From Eubacteriales bacterium (GTDB lineage: Bacteria > Bacillota > Clostridia > Christensenellales > Aristaeellaceae), in NCBI GenBank assembly GCA_031555975.1, contig JAVBTW010000276.1:1-35349 (forward strand): a DNA stretch of 35,349 nt, given 5' to 3'. The notes under the pieces are model-generated. The model did no database searches. It had not been told where the DNA came from and saw only the letters and a program-made list of their open reading frames with translations. Of the stretch, positions 1 to 9,190 are shown piece by piece. The stretch's first letter is position 1, and every line of letters starts with the position of its first letter. The translations under genes and the position numbers were made by a program.

Positions 1-91
1 GCGCGCCGCTCGTGACTCCCGGTGCGCGCGCCGCGCGTGGATGTACCCCCCCCGCTGCAGCGGACGCCCCGATTCGGAACCGTCGCCGCCC

Positions 92-133
92 GGGGGGGAG
101 ATCCTTCAACTCGCTGCGCTCGCTCAGGATGAC
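92..133 (-). repeat. Dispersed palindromic repeat, copy A (one arm, reverse orientation)
   Basis: The reverse complement reads GTCATCCTGAGCGAGCGCAGCGAGTTGAAGGATCTCCCCCC. This matches the core shared with copies at 12349, 14301 and 21243. It lies just 3' of the PBP stop codon. Confidence 0.7.
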
Positions 134-168
134 ATCGTGGCGCGTGTTGATTCACCAGTGGTATTTCC

Positions 169-2823
169 TTATCCCACGTACTTGTTCACCAATTGCATCA
201 GCTGTTTGCCATACTTGTTCATGGCGGTCTGGCTCTGCTCGTCGATGGCCTTCTGGACGTAATCGCGGATCTTGACCATCTGCTTCATGGCGGAATCGTC
301 CAGTTGGTTGTCATTGATGAGCTCGTTGGCACGGTCGATCTGGACCTGTGCCTTTGCAATGGTCTCAGCGAGCTTCTGCTCGGCTGTGGTCGTGGTCGCG
401 ACTTTTCCTGTGCTGGACTTACAGGTCTTGCAAACGCCAACCTCCGCCGCGCCCTTGTCGGTAGACGCGCCCTTGAACCACTCGCGCACGGTCTTGATGT
501 CCGCAAACCGGAGCGGATGCCCTTCCGGCAGATAGATCGTGCCATACGTCGAGGTGTGCTTGCAATACTGACCCGGCGCTTTTTTGGAAACGGAGCACAG
601 CCGAATGGTCCTGTGCATGTTGCACGGCTGGCTGGGCTCGGTGCCCTTGAGGTAGTAGTCACGCGTGGTGCCGTAGCCGTTCACATCCCGGCCGCAGGCT
701 GCGGTCGGCTTCATGCCGCTGACCGCGCACGCGCTGGCCGCCACCAGACCCATTTCCTCGGCAGACGCGGTGGTGATCCTGCGGTTCTTGGTGTAGCCCA
801 GCTGGTTGTGCGCCTTGCTCATCACCGCTGCCCACAGCGGCGCCGCATAGTTGCCGCCGGTGGCGGACGAGATCAGGGGCTTGTAGTTGTCATGGCCGAT
901 CCAGACCGCGCCTGCCAGATAGCCGGTCATGCCGCCGAATGTGACGCCGCATGAGTCGGAGTTGGTGCCCGTCTTGCCCGCTACATCAAACCCGCCAAAG
1001 TTGGCCCGGTCGCCTGTGCCGTCACTCTTTTTCACGCAACCGCGCAGCACGCTGACCAGCATCCATGCGGTCGAGGGCTTGAACACCTGGCGACGGATCT
1101 GAACCATCTGCTGGTCCATGTACAAATTGCCGCCGCTGTCCACAACCTTCGTAAACGCATACGGTTCCAAATACAGGCCGGTGTTGGCGATGGCCCCAAA
1201 CGCGCCCGAAAGCTCGATCACGCTGACGCTCGAAAGGCCCAGCGCCAGTCCGGCCGGCGTGGCGGAGATGTGCTCGGGTCTGATGCCCAGATTTCTCAGG
1301 TACATGACGGAATTCTCGACGCCCACATAGTTGACCAATGCCTGTGCACAGGCGGTGTTGTGGGATTTATTGATGGCCTTGCGCATGCTCTCCACGCCCG
1401 TGAAGCTGCTGTCGCTGCCGCCAAAGTTGTTCGGGTAGCCCTTGCCGCCGCCGTCGTCCCAACCCTCGATGCGGATTGGTGCGTTGATGACGGGCGTACC
1501 GGGCGAATACCCAAGGTCAAACGCGGGACCATACACGGAAAGCGGCTTGATGGTGGAACCCACGGGCATGCCGCCGGACGTAATGGGCGGGTTTGCCCGG
1601 TTGAGCTGCAACCTGGCGGTGGGCTCACTGCGTCCGCCAACAATGGCTTTCAGCTCTCCTGTCCGCCAATCCACAATGGCGACAGCCGCCTGGGGTTGTC
1701 GCACGGACAGGTATTCGCCGTTGCCAAGGCTGGCCTTGTAGGTCTTGTCCGCGCTGTTGCGCGTGGCGGGATAGTTGCCCCAATTGGTGATCACGGACTG
1801 GATGCCGCGCTGCATCTCTTTGTCCAGGGAAGTGAAAATTCTGTAACCTCCGGTCATCAGTTTCTGCTGCATGGCGCTGCGGTTCGCGGAGTTGTCCGCC
1901 AGGCCCTCTTTGTGCAGCATCTTGGTGACCACGTCATAGACCGCATACTCCACATAATACGCGTCATCGTACATCTGTTGCTTGTACTGGCTCTCCTCCA
2001 TGACGACCAGCTCATCCGCCAGCGCCGCCTGGTATTCCGCGTCCGTGATCAGGCCCTGCTCGTACATCAGACCCAGAACGTGGTCGACGCCTTTGTTCAG
2101 GTCCGGCGCGGTCTTGCGGGTGTAGTAGGCCGACCGGGGATTGTAGCGGTAGGGATTGCGGATCAGGCGCGCGATGCAGGCGCTCTCGCGCAGCGTCAAC
2201 TGGTTGAGTTCCTTGCCGAAATAGTCCTTCGCTGCAACCTTGACGCCGTAGTTGTTGCCGCCCAGGTAGATGACATTGAGGTACTCGATCAGGATGTCTT
2301 GCTTGGTGATCTTCTTTTCCAACTCCAACGCCAGATATGCTTCTTGCATCTTGCGCTTGTAGTTCTGATCAGCGGTCAGCATGGTCTGTTTGATGAGCTG
2401 CTGGGTGATGGTCGATCCGCCCTGAGAAGTGGAGTTCAGCAGATTCGACACGAACGCGCCGAAAATGCGGCGCACGTCCACGCCGTTGTGGGACAGAAAC
2501 CGCTGATCCTCCACGGCGACGACTGCATTGACGAGGTTCCTCGGGATCTCGTCGATGGTGGCTTCGATGCGGTTTTCGCTGCCGCGATAGTCCGTGATCA
2601 ATGTGCCCTGTCCATCGTAGATGTAGCTGGTCTTGGCGGACTTGTCAAACGCCGTCAGGTCCAGCGGCGGCGCCGTCTCTACCCATGCCTTGGCGATGCC
2701 AACGACCACGCCTGTGCCTGTGATGCCCAACAGCAGGATCACAAAGAACAGCAGCTTGGCCGTGGTCATCATCACAGACAGCAAAAAGTTGCTGTCCGAG
2801 GTGCGCGTTCGAAAAATACCCAT
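169..2823 (-). CDS. Class A penicillin-binding protein (GT51 transglycosylase + transpeptidase) with a C-terminal extension of about 200 aa
   Basis: GT51 motifs EDQRFLSHNGVD, GGSTITQQL and RKMQEAYLALELE are present. Transpeptidase motifs STIKP, SHN and KTGT are present. The start was trimmed from the 2916 ORF to the ATG at 2823, preceded by GGAGGacaaatct. Confidence 0.93.
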   Translation of the reverse strand: MGIFRTRTSDSNFLLSVMMTTAKLLFFVILLLGITGTGVVVGIAKAWVETAPPLDLTAFDKSAKTSYIYDGQGTLITDYRGSENRIEATIDEIPRNLVNAVVAVEDQRFLSHNGVDVRRIFGAFVSNLLNSTSQGGSTITQQLIKQTMLTADQNYKRKMQEAYLALELEKKITKQDILIEYLNVIYLGGNNYGVKVAAKDYFGKELNQLTLRESACIARLIRNPYRYNPRSAYYTRKTAPDLNKGVDHVLGLMYEQGLITDAEYQAALADELVVMEESQYKQQMYDDAYYVEYAVYDVVTKMLHKEGLADNSANRSAMQQKLMTGGYRIFTSLDKEMQRGIQSVITNWGNYPATRNSADKTYKASLGNGEYLSVRQPQAAVAIVDWRTGELKAIVGGRSEPTARLQLNRANPPITSGGMPVGSTIKPLSVYGPAFDLGYSPGTPVINAPIRIEGWDDGGGKGYPNNFGGSDSSFTGVESMRKAINKSHNTACAQALVNYVGVENSVMYLRNLGIRPEHISATPAGLALGLSSVSVIELSGAFGAIANTGLYLEPYAFTKVVDSGGNLYMDQQMVQIRRQVFKPSTAWMLVSVLRGCVKKSDGTGDRANFGGFDVAGKTGTNSDSCGVTFGGMTGYLAGAVWIGHDNYKPLISSATGGNYAAPLWAAVMSKAHNQLGYTKNRRITTASAEEMGLVAASACAVSGMKPTAACGRDVNGYGTTRDYYLKGTEPSQPCNMHRTIRLCSVSKKAPGQYCKHTSTYGTIYLPEGHPLRFADIKTVREWFKGASTDKGAAEVGVCKTCKSSTGKVATTTTAEQKLAETIAKAQVQIDRANELINDNQLDDSAMKQMVKIRDYVQKAIDEQSQTAMNKYGKQLMQLVNKYVG

Positions 2824-3067
2824 AGATTTGTCCTCCGTATGTCGGGGCGTTGCCGGTCTCGCGGCGAAATGTACACGAAATTGTGGAGTTTCATTATAAC
2901 ATACATCGACGCCCATTTCAGCCTCTGTCGCGCGGATTTTAGATTAAATCCGGGCTCCATCGAATACGATGAATCGTGATGGCGAAATGGACGCGGTGTA
3001 TCCTGCGAAGGCAACGGTCCGCTTATGGGAACGGACTGTTGTAAATTTAGACGGAGAGGGTGCGCGA

Positions 3068-3733
3068 ATGGTTGCACAGTTTCGGAACTTGGGTTGGGCA
3101 AAGAAGATGGCAATCGTGCTTTGCGCGATTGTCATCCTGGGGATGGGCTTGTTCTTTTACGGCGTGGCAAACCTGAATCCGATCATGATCTCCATGGCCG
3201 AGGCGCGCGGGCGGCAGCTCGCGGTGGAGGCCATCAACAAGGCCGTTCGCGAGGTGATGCAGTCGGGCATCGGGTACAAGGACCTGGTTCAGGTGACGCA
3301 GGATAAGCAGGGCCGGGTCACCATGATCCAGGCCAATACTTTGCTGATGAACGACATCGCCAGCCGCGCCGCGCTGCAGGTGCAGCGCAACCTGCAGGCC
3401 CTGGGCAACGAAGGCGTGGAACTGCCGCTGGGCTCGGCGCTGGGCATCGGGCTGTTCTCGGGATCAGGTCCCCGGATTCGCGTGAGTGTCGTGCCGGTGG
3501 GCTCGGTGGCGACGCGGTTTTCGACCGCATTTGAGTCTGCAGGCATCAATCAGACGCGACACCAGATCTCGCTGATGACCAACACGCAGGTACGGATCGT
3601 CATCCCCACGGGCGCGGATACCGTGCAGGTGGAGGCCAGCGTACCCGTGGCGGAGTCGATCATCGTGGGCGAGGTGCCGCAGACATACCTCAACGCGACG
3701 AGCATGGAGCAGATGCTGGATTTGGTGCCGTAA
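3068..3733 (+). CDS. yunB: Sporulation protein YunB
   Basis: It has an N-terminal TM helix followed by a YunB-family body (GRVTMIQANTLLMN...GPRIRVSVVPVGSV...INQTRHQI...VAESIIVGEVP). The start was moved to the ATG at 3068, after GGAGAGGG. Confidence 0.85.
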   Translation: MVAQFRNLGWAKKMAIVLCAIVILGMGLFFYGVANLNPIMISMAEARGRQLAVEAINKAVREVMQSGIGYKDLVQVTQDKQGRVTMIQANTLLMNDIASRAALQVQRNLQALGNEGVELPLGSALGIGLFSGSGPRIRVSVVPVGSVATRFSTAFESAGINQTRHQISLMTNTQVRIVIPTGADTVQVEASVPVAESIIVGEVPQTYLNATSMEQMLDLVP

Positions 3734-3820
3734 TCGACGGCAGCCAGCCTGAGCGCGGTCTCTCGCGGCGACAAATCGATGGTGCTGTGTGATGCAAGGC
3801 AGCGCTGCGCCCATCGGGTA

Positions 3821-4606
3821 TCAGGCGATCCCGAACAACTTCATCCCATTCACGGTCGTTGCCCGGGCCAACGCCTCAAGCGGTATGCCCCGAATCTCGG
3901 CGACCTTCTCCGCCGTGTAGCGCACGAAGGCGGGTTCATTCCGCTTCCCGCGCATTGGCACAGGCGCCCTGTACGGACAATCCGTTTCGATCATCAGCCT
4001 GTCCAGCGGGCAGTTTTCCGCCACCTCCACCAGCTTCGGCGCGTTTTTGAACGTCACCGTGCCGCTGAGGGAGATCGAGAAGCCCATCTTCAGATACGCC
4101 TTTGCGCTTTCCCAGCTGCCGGTGTAGCAATGCATGACGCCGCGCGGCAAGGTGTGTTGTTCGTATCTTTTGATCAGCATCTCCGTCGCCTCGCCGTGAG
4201 CCTCCCGGATATGCAGAATGGCAGGCAGGTTCAGCTCGTAGGCCAGCTGCAGCTGCGCATCGAACGCGGCCTGCTGCTCCGCTCGGGGGGACAGGTCATA
4301 GTGATAATCCAGCCCAATTTCGCCCAGCGCGACCACGCGGTGCTGAGCGAGCCAGCCTTTCAGTCTTTCTGCCCGGTCCGGAGTCCACCTGCTGGCGTCG
4401 TGTGGATGGACCCCGCACGCGGCGTACAGAAAATCGTGTTCCTGGGCCAGCCTGATGGCGGGCAGCGGATCCGTGGCGCCGTCGCCTACCACCAGAGCCA
4501 GCTTCACACCCGCATCCAGCATGCGCTGGATGGTCTCAGCCTGATCCGCCTCGAACCGCTCATCGGTCAGATGACAGTGTGTGTCGAACAGTCTCAAATC
4601 GCTCAT
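3821..4606 (-). CDS. tatD: TatD-family metal-dependent hydrolase/DNase (YabD-like)
   Basis: It has the LFDTHCHL N-terminus and the TatD His/Asp/Glu pattern (HIREAH, HCYTGS, ETDCPY). Its start lies 1 nt after the metG stop, matching the metS-yabD synteny known from Bacillus. Confidence 0.9.
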   Translation of the reverse strand: MSDLRLFDTHCHLTDERFEADQAETIQRMLDAGVKLALVVGDGATDPLPAIRLAQEHDFLYAACGVHPHDASRWTPDRAERLKGWLAQHRVVALGEIGLDYHYDLSPRAEQQAAFDAQLQLAYELNLPAILHIREAHGEATEMLIKRYEQHTLPRGVMHCYTGSWESAKAYLKMGFSISLSGTVTFKNAPKLVEVAENCPLDRLMIETDCPYRAPVPMRGKRNEPAFVRYTAEKVAEIRGIPLEALARATTVNGMKLFGIA

Positions 4607-4607
4607 T

Positions 4608-6605
4608 TTATCCGATCTCCGAACCCGGCTTGATTTCGCCGTCTACGGTCAGCAGTTTCAGATTGCCTTCGTCGTCCGAGGCGCACAGCAGCATGCCTTC
4701 GCTCATGACGCCGCGCATCTTGCGCGGAGCCAAATTGGCGACCAGCACAACCGTCTTGCCCACGATGTCCTCCGGCGCATACCACTGCGCGATGCCACTG
4801 AGCACGGTGCGGGTCTCTCCGCCCACATCCAGGGTCTCCTTGAGCAGCTTATCGGACTTTTCCACGCGCTCGCAGGCCACGACTTTGGCGGTCAGCAACC
4901 GCACCTTGGCAAAGTCGTCGATCGTGATGTAGTCAGCTGCAGTGCCTTCGCCCGCGGTCAGGATGACTCCGGGAACGGGCGCGGGCTTCGCCGCTTGTTC
5001 CGGCTCCGGCTTGCGTTCGGCGCTGGGTGTGGCCGCACCGCCTTCCAGCGCCTCCAGTTCCTTCGGAATATCGATGCGCGGGAACAGGGCCTCTCCCTTT
5101 TTCACCGTCGTGCCCGGCACGAGTCCGCCGAACTTCGCGATGGAATCCCACGTTTTTTTTGCCGCATCCTCAATGCCCAGTTGGGCGAAGATGCGCTCGG
5201 GCGTCCTGGGCATGGTGGGGGCGATGCACACCGCGATGGCGCGCACACACTCGGCCAGGTAGTACATGACGGTCTGGAGCCTGGGCTTTCCTTCTTCGCT
5301 CTTGCCCAGAATCCAGGGCTGGGTCTGGTCGATGTACCGGTTGCAGTCCGAAACCAGTTTCCAGATCTCACCCAGCGCCAGTGAGAATTGCAGCTCGTTC
5401 ATGTGCGTTTCCACCAGTGCGCCAAGTCCTTCGAATCGGGCGCGAAGCGCATCCTCCAGCGCCGTGGGCGCACCGGGTTCCGGCACGACGCCGCCGAAGT
5501 ACTTTTCGATCATGGCCACGGTGCGGCTGACCAGGTTACCCAGGTCGTTTGCCAGGTCGCTGTTCATGCGGGTGAACATGGACTCGGTCGAGAACCTGCC
5601 GTCCGCGCCGAACGGCATCTCCCTCATGAGGAAATAGCGGATGGCGTCTGAGCCGTAACGGCCGCACAGCACCACCGGGTCCACGCCGTTGCCCTTTGAC
5701 TTGCCCATCTTGTCGCCGTCTACGCCCACCAGCCAGCCGTGGCCGAACACCTGCTTGGGCAGCGGCAGGCCCAGCGCGTGCAGCATGATCGGCCAGTAGA
5801 TCGTGTGGAACCGCACGATCTCCTTGCCAACCAGGTGAATGTCGGCGGGCCAGTATTTTTGGTACAGCGAATCATTGTCAGAGCCGTAGCCCAGCGCCGT
5901 GATGTAGTTGCTCAGCGCATCGATCCACACGTACACAACATGGCCGGGGTCAAAGTCCACCGGTACGCCCCACTTGAACGATGTACGGCTGACACACAGG
6001 TCCTGGAGCCCCGGGCGCAGAAAGTTTTGCAGCATTTCGTTTGCGCGGCTCGGCGGCTGGATGAAGTCGGGATGGGTCTCGATGTATTCGATCAGCCAGT
6101 CCTGGTACTTGCTCATCCGGAAGAAGTAGCTCTCCTCTTTGGCGGGCTGCACAGGCCGTCCGCAATCGGGACAGTTGCCGTCCTTCAGCTGGCTCTGGGT
6201 CCAGAACGACTCGCAAGGCGTACAATACAGCCCTTCATACTCGCTCTTGTAGATGTCGCCCTGGTCGTAAAACTGCTTGAAGATCTTCTGCACCACCTTT
6301 TCGTGGCGCGGTTCTGTGGTGCGGATGAAGTCGTCGTACTCGATGTCCATGATCGTCCACAGGTCCTTGATGCCAGCCACGATCTCATCCACGAATTCGA
6401 TGGGCTGTTTGCCCGCCTCCTTGGCCCTGGTCTCGATCTTCTGCCCATGCTCGTCGGTGCCGGTCAGAAAATAGGTGTCGTAGCCGGTCTGCTTTTTGAA
6501 CCGGGCCATCGTGTCTGCGGCTACGGTGCAGTAGCCGTTGCCCAAGTGCAGCTTGTTTGAGGGGTAGTAGATCGGGGTCGTGATGTAGAATGTGCCTTTG
6601 CTCAT
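4608..6605 (-). CDS. metG: Methionine--tRNA ligase with C-terminal tRNA-binding (EMAP/Trbp111-like) domain
   Basis: A class I HIGH-type motif ([11 protein letters not shown]) and a KMSKS-type motif (KMGKSKGN) are present, as is a CPDCG zinc knuckle. The C-terminus has a [11 protein letters not shown]...GMLL OB-fold. The RBS is GGGAGGAG. Confidence 0.95.
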   Translation of the reverse strand: MSKGTFYITTPIYYPSNKLHLGNGYCTVAADTMARFKKQTGYDTYFLTGTDEHGQKIETRAKEAGKQPIEFVDEIVAGIKDLWTIMDIEYDDFIRTTEPRHEKVVQKIFKQFYDQGDIYKSEYEGLYCTPCESFWTQSQLKDGNCPDCGRPVQPAKEESYFFRMSKYQDWLIEYIETHPDFIQPPSRANEMLQNFLRPGLQDLCVSRTSFKWGVPVDFDPGHVVYVWIDALSNYITALGYGSDNDSLYQKYWPADIHLVGKEIVRFHTIYWPIMLHALGLPLPKQVFGHGWLVGVDGDKMGKSKGNGVDPVVLCGRYGSDAIRYFLMREMPFGADGRFSTESMFTRMNSDLANDLGNLVSRTVAMIEKYFGGVVPEPGAPTALEDALRARFEGLGALVETHMNELQFSLALGEIWKLVSDCNRYIDQTQPWILGKSEEGKPRLQTVMYYLAECVRAIAVCIAPTMPRTPERIFAQLGIEDAAKKTWDSIAKFGGLVPGTTVKKGEALFPRIDIPKELEALEGGAATPSAERKPEPEQAAKPAPVPGVILTAGEGTAADYITIDDFAKVRLLTAKVVACERVEKSDKLLKETLDVGGETRTVLSGIAQWYAPEDIVGKTVVLVANLAPRKMRGVMSEGMLLCASDDEGNLKLLTVDGEIKPGSEIG

Positions 6606-6625
6606 GGGGCTGTCTCCTCCCTTTC

Positions 6626-6910
6626 TGTGTGCGGGGAACGAAAAAACGCCGCCCGCAAGCCGTCTTGCGAGGGGCGTCCATATGAACGCGGTACCACCCT
6701 GCTTCTCCCGGTCGTGAGCCGGGACTCATGGCCAACCACCATTGGCCGCGCCTGTAACGGGACAACCCGTCCAAAGCTCAACCCGCATGCGCGGATTCAC
6801 TTTGGAAGCTCAGGAACCATGTTCACGGAGGGTGTTCGTCGCCGACTCGCACCTTGTCCGGCTCTCTGCTGGGCGAAACCGCATCCGCTACTCTTTCCAT
6901 CAATGCCATT
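6626..6910 (-). promoter_or_regulatory. T-box riboswitch leader of metG (Met specifier)
   Basis: On the minus strand I see a GA/K-turn region (GATGGAAAGAGTA), an AGAGAG bulge and a GGTGCGAG distal-loop motif. The specifier loop is GAACAUGG, with AUG at 6818-6820. The canonical T-box core GGGTGGTACCGCG is at 6687-6699 and is followed immediately by a terminator hairpin. Confidence 0.85.
6641..6679 (-). terminator. Intrinsic terminator of the T-box expression platform
   Basis: The minus strand reads GGACGCCCCTCGCAAGacggCTTGCGGGCGGCG followed by TTTTTT. Its 5' arm is positioned to be competed by the T-box antiterminator. Confidence 0.8.
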
Positions 6911-6916
6911 GCAGCT

Positions 6917-6945
6917 ATTATAGGGAGTGGAAGCGGGATTGTCAA
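6917..6945 (-). promoter_or_regulatory. Sigma-A type promoter for the metG T-box leader
   Basis: The minus strand has TTGACA (6940-6945), a 17-nt spacer and TATAAT (6917-6922). Both hexamers match consensus. Confidence 0.8.
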
Positions 6946-6967
6946 GCCCCAATTCGCATGATATAAT
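6939..6967 (+). promoter_or_regulatory. Sigma-A type promoter for the XRE/S24-ispE operon
   Basis: The plus strand has TTGTCA (6939-6944), a 17-nt spacer and TATAAT (6962-6967). Its -35 overlaps the -35 of the divergent metG promoter. Confidence 0.7.
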
Positions 6968-7004
6968 GGCGTGGATATTGAATGCATCCAGGAGGTCACA
7001 AACC

Positions 7005-7739
7005 ATGAGCCGCCTAGGCGATACGATCAAACAAGCGCGCCTCGCATCCAAATTGACCGAAAAGGCGCTGGGCAAGAAATCCGGGTTTTCCGAATCGTTC
7101 ATCAAAGAGATCGAGATGGGGACGCGCATCGTATCCGACGAGCAAGCGCAGCGCATCCTGAAGCTGCTCGGCGTGAAAAACCCTGTTTCCACCGAGCTGG
7201 AGGTGGCGGCCGAGCCTGCAGTTCAGCTCAGGCCCAAGCCGCGCCCCTACATCATGCCCATTCCGGCCGAACAGAAGCCCGAAGAGCCCGCAGCGTCCAT
7301 GGCCTACACCACCGCCACAGAGCAGGAGGCCGTGGCCTCAGACGCGTGGCTGGATGCGCTGTCGGGCATCGTCAAGCGAGTTCCGGTGATGGGTGAGGAC
7401 GGCATGGTGATCGACCATGTGCCGGTGCCGATCGTCTCAGGAAAGATCGAGGGCGGCCAGCCGGACAAAGTGATGTATTATCGCTGTCCCGACGACAGTT
7501 TGCGCGGCTACCGCGTCCATGCGGGCGACTTGCTGTTGGTGGTACCGGAGACAGGCGTCATCGACGATGACATCATGCTGGTGCAGTACAGGGGCAGCAG
7601 AATCGCGCGAAAGCTGGTCAAGCAGGACGGAAACAAAGTGCTGATGCAATCCTTTGACCGGGAATACGCGGGCGAGCGCGTGGACAGGCGTGAGATCGTG
7701 GTCATCGGCAAGTGCGTCAAATTGGAGCGCCGGCTGTGA
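7005..7739 (+). CDS. XRE-family HTH repressor fused to a LexA/CI-like S24 peptidase domain
   Basis: The N-terminus is an XRE HTH (IKQARLASKLTEKALGKKSGFSESFIKEIEMG). A Pro/Ala-rich linker follows. The C-terminus aligns to the LexA core: PIVSGKIEGGQP vs PLVGRVAAGEP, DDSL vs GMSM, GDLLLV, and ARKLVKQDGNKVLMQS vs VKRLKKQGNKVELL. The start is the ATG at 7005, after AGGAGG. Confidence 0.8.
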   Translation: MSRLGDTIKQARLASKLTEKALGKKSGFSESFIKEIEMGTRIVSDEQAQRILKLLGVKNPVSTELEVAAEPAVQLRPKPRPYIMPIPAEQKPEEPAASMAYTTATEQEAVASDAWLDALSGIVKRVPVMGEDGMVIDHVPVPIVSGKIEGGQPDKVMYYRCPDDSLRGYRVHAGDLLLVVPETGVIDDDIMLVQYRGSRIARKLVKQDGNKVLMQSFDREYAGERVDRREIVVIGKCVKLERRL

Positions 7740-8551
7740 AGCGAATCTGTGCGTACGCCAAGATCAACTGGGCGCTGAACATCCTGGGAACGCGCCCGGA
7801 CGGCTATCACGAAATGGACATGCTGATGCAAAGAATTTCTCTTTGCGATACGTTGACGGTTGCCTCATCTGACGAACTGCGGTTTGATGGCGGCGAGGAC
7901 AATTTGGTGATGCGCGCTGCCCGGGCGCTGTGCGCCCACGCGGGCGTCGCCTTTGGCGCGGAGATCGGGCTGACAAAGTGCATCCCCGAGCGGGCGGGCT
8001 TGGGCGGCGGCAGCGCGGACGCGGCAGCGACGCTGCAGGCGCTCAATGAGCTGTGGGCATTGGGGTTGTCCGGCGAAACCCTGGCCCAAATCGGCCTCGG
8101 CTTGGGCGCAGATGTGCCCTTCTGCCTGGCGAGTGGCGCGGCGAGGGCGCGGGGCGTCGGCGAGGCACTGGAAAGGGTGGAGATCGGACAGCGGTACGAT
8201 TTGGTAATCCTGCATCCCGGCGGCGGACTGTCCACGCCCGCCATGTTTCGGCTGTGGGATCAGGAAAAAGCGCATGCGCGCCCGGCAGACATCGAGGCGA
8301 CCCTGGTGGCCCTGCAAACGCAAGATTTTGCGCTGCTCAACCGGGCGTCACGGAACATGCTGACCGCGGTCGCCGTTCAGTCGCTGCCGGAGATCGAGGG
8401 CGCAATGCGGACGTTGGCGGAGCACGGCGCAAAGTTTGCGGCCATGTCGGGCAGTGGGTCTGCGGTTTTTGGGCTGTTCGACTCGGCAACGGAGGCGGAC
8501 AGCGTTGCAAGCAGGATCCGGGGTGCGATCAGGGCCTGGACAATGGAATAG
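7736..8551 (+). CDS. ispE: 4-diphosphocytidyl-2-C-methyl-D-erythritol kinase
   Basis: It has AKINWALNILGTRPDGYHEMD and the GHMP kinase loop PERAGLGGGSADAAA. The likely GTG start at 7736 overlaps the upstream TGA (GTGA). The ATG at 7712 is an alternative start. Confidence 0.9.
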   Translation: MKRICAYAKINWALNILGTRPDGYHEMDMLMQRISLCDTLTVASSDELRFDGGEDNLVMRAARALCAHAGVAFGAEIGLTKCIPERAGLGGGSADAAATLQALNELWALGLSGETLAQIGLGLGADVPFCLASGAARARGVGEALERVEIGQRYDLVILHPGGGLSTPAMFRLWDQEKAHARPADIEATLVALQTQDFALLNRASRNMLTAVAVQSLPEIEGAMRTLAEHGAKFAAMSGSGSAVFGLFDSATEADSVASRIRGAIRAWTME

Positions 8552-8656
8552 GCGCCCATCACTTCATGTGACTTTTGCCAGGCATCCTTGTATAAATCAG
8601 GCTGAATTGGCCGAATCTAACAGCGTACATGCTCTCGAACGAGGAGGATATGACGC

Positions 8657-9190
8657 GTGAAGGTTCGGTTTTTTTGTGCGCTGCTCGCACTGGTGTTGTT
8701 TGTCCATGTGCCCGCAAGGGCGGATGTGCGTCGGCATTTTGCGGAACAGGCGCTGGTGCGGCTTCAGATTGTGGCCGCGAGCAACGATCCCATCGACCAG
8801 GCAACAAAGCTGCGCGTGCGCGACGCGGTACGCGCTGTGGCCATTCCATTGGTAGCGGAAGCGGATTCCCCAGAGGCCGCGTTTGAGCTGCTTGCCCGCC
8901 ATGAAGCGGAACTGACCCAAGCCGCACGGACCGTGGACAGGACCGCGGTTGCCCGCGCCATCATTACCCACTTCCCCGTGCGCATCTACGGCCAGGTCTG
9001 TGTGCCGCCGGGCAATTACCGTGCGCTGCGCGTGACGCTCGGCCCAGGCCAGGGCCGCAATTGGTGGTGTGTGCTCTATCCTGATCTGTGCGCCACGGAC
9101 GCTGCCCAGGCCTCCGCGCTGCGCTCGGGCAGGCCGGTCAAGTTCTATTCCAGCATCCTCAGATGGCTATCGGGAGGCGCTGACCAATGA
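8657..9190 (+). CDS. spoIIR: Stage II sporulation protein R (pro-sigma-E processing signal)
   Basis: A signal peptide is followed by SpoIIR hallmarks: LRLQIVAASNDPIDQATKLRVRDAV and GQGRNWWCVLYPDLC. The GTG start lies 8 nt after GAGGAGGA. Confidence 0.88.
   Translation: MKVRFFCALLALVLFVHVPARADVRRHFAEQALVRLQIVAASNDPIDQATKLRVRDAVRAVAIPLVAEADSPEAAFELLARHEAELTQAARTVDRTAVARAIITHFPVRIYGQVCVPPGNYRALRVTLGPGQGRNWWCVLYPDLCATDAAQASALRSGRPVKFYSSILRWLSGGADQ

Noticed and set aside
1270-2979. A 569-aa ORF on the plus strand. Similar long ORFs lie at 193-954, 3779-4633, 4581-5384, 5739-6560, 9775-10815, 12915-14147, 15902-16969, 17333-17923, 18612-19250, 20004-21143, 23970-24728, 30582-31298, 31768-32487, 32306-33256 and 33568-34452.
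   Set aside because: Each lies antisense to (or out of frame with) a gene whose protein carries unmistakable family motifs. Their translations are Arg/His/Leu/Gly/Ala/Val-rich with no recognisable motifs, RBS or domain structure. These are the shadow ORFs expected in GC-rich DNA.
6811-6826. CAU (His) as the T-box specifier, under a strict GAA-NNN-R reading of the loop GAACAUGG.
   Set aside because: The codon adjacent to the terminal loop purine is AUG and the regulated gene is metG. The alternative register cannot be formally excluded from sequence alone and is flagged in the finding.
8552-8656. A forespore sigma-F/sigma-G type promoter upstream of spoIIR (GCATC at 8582-8586 or TGTATA at 8589-8594, with GGCTGAATT or GAATCTA downstream).
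   Set aside because: The spacer lengths (13 nt, or an imperfect -10) do not fit the consensus I know for sigma-F or sigma-G. The match is too weak to annotate.
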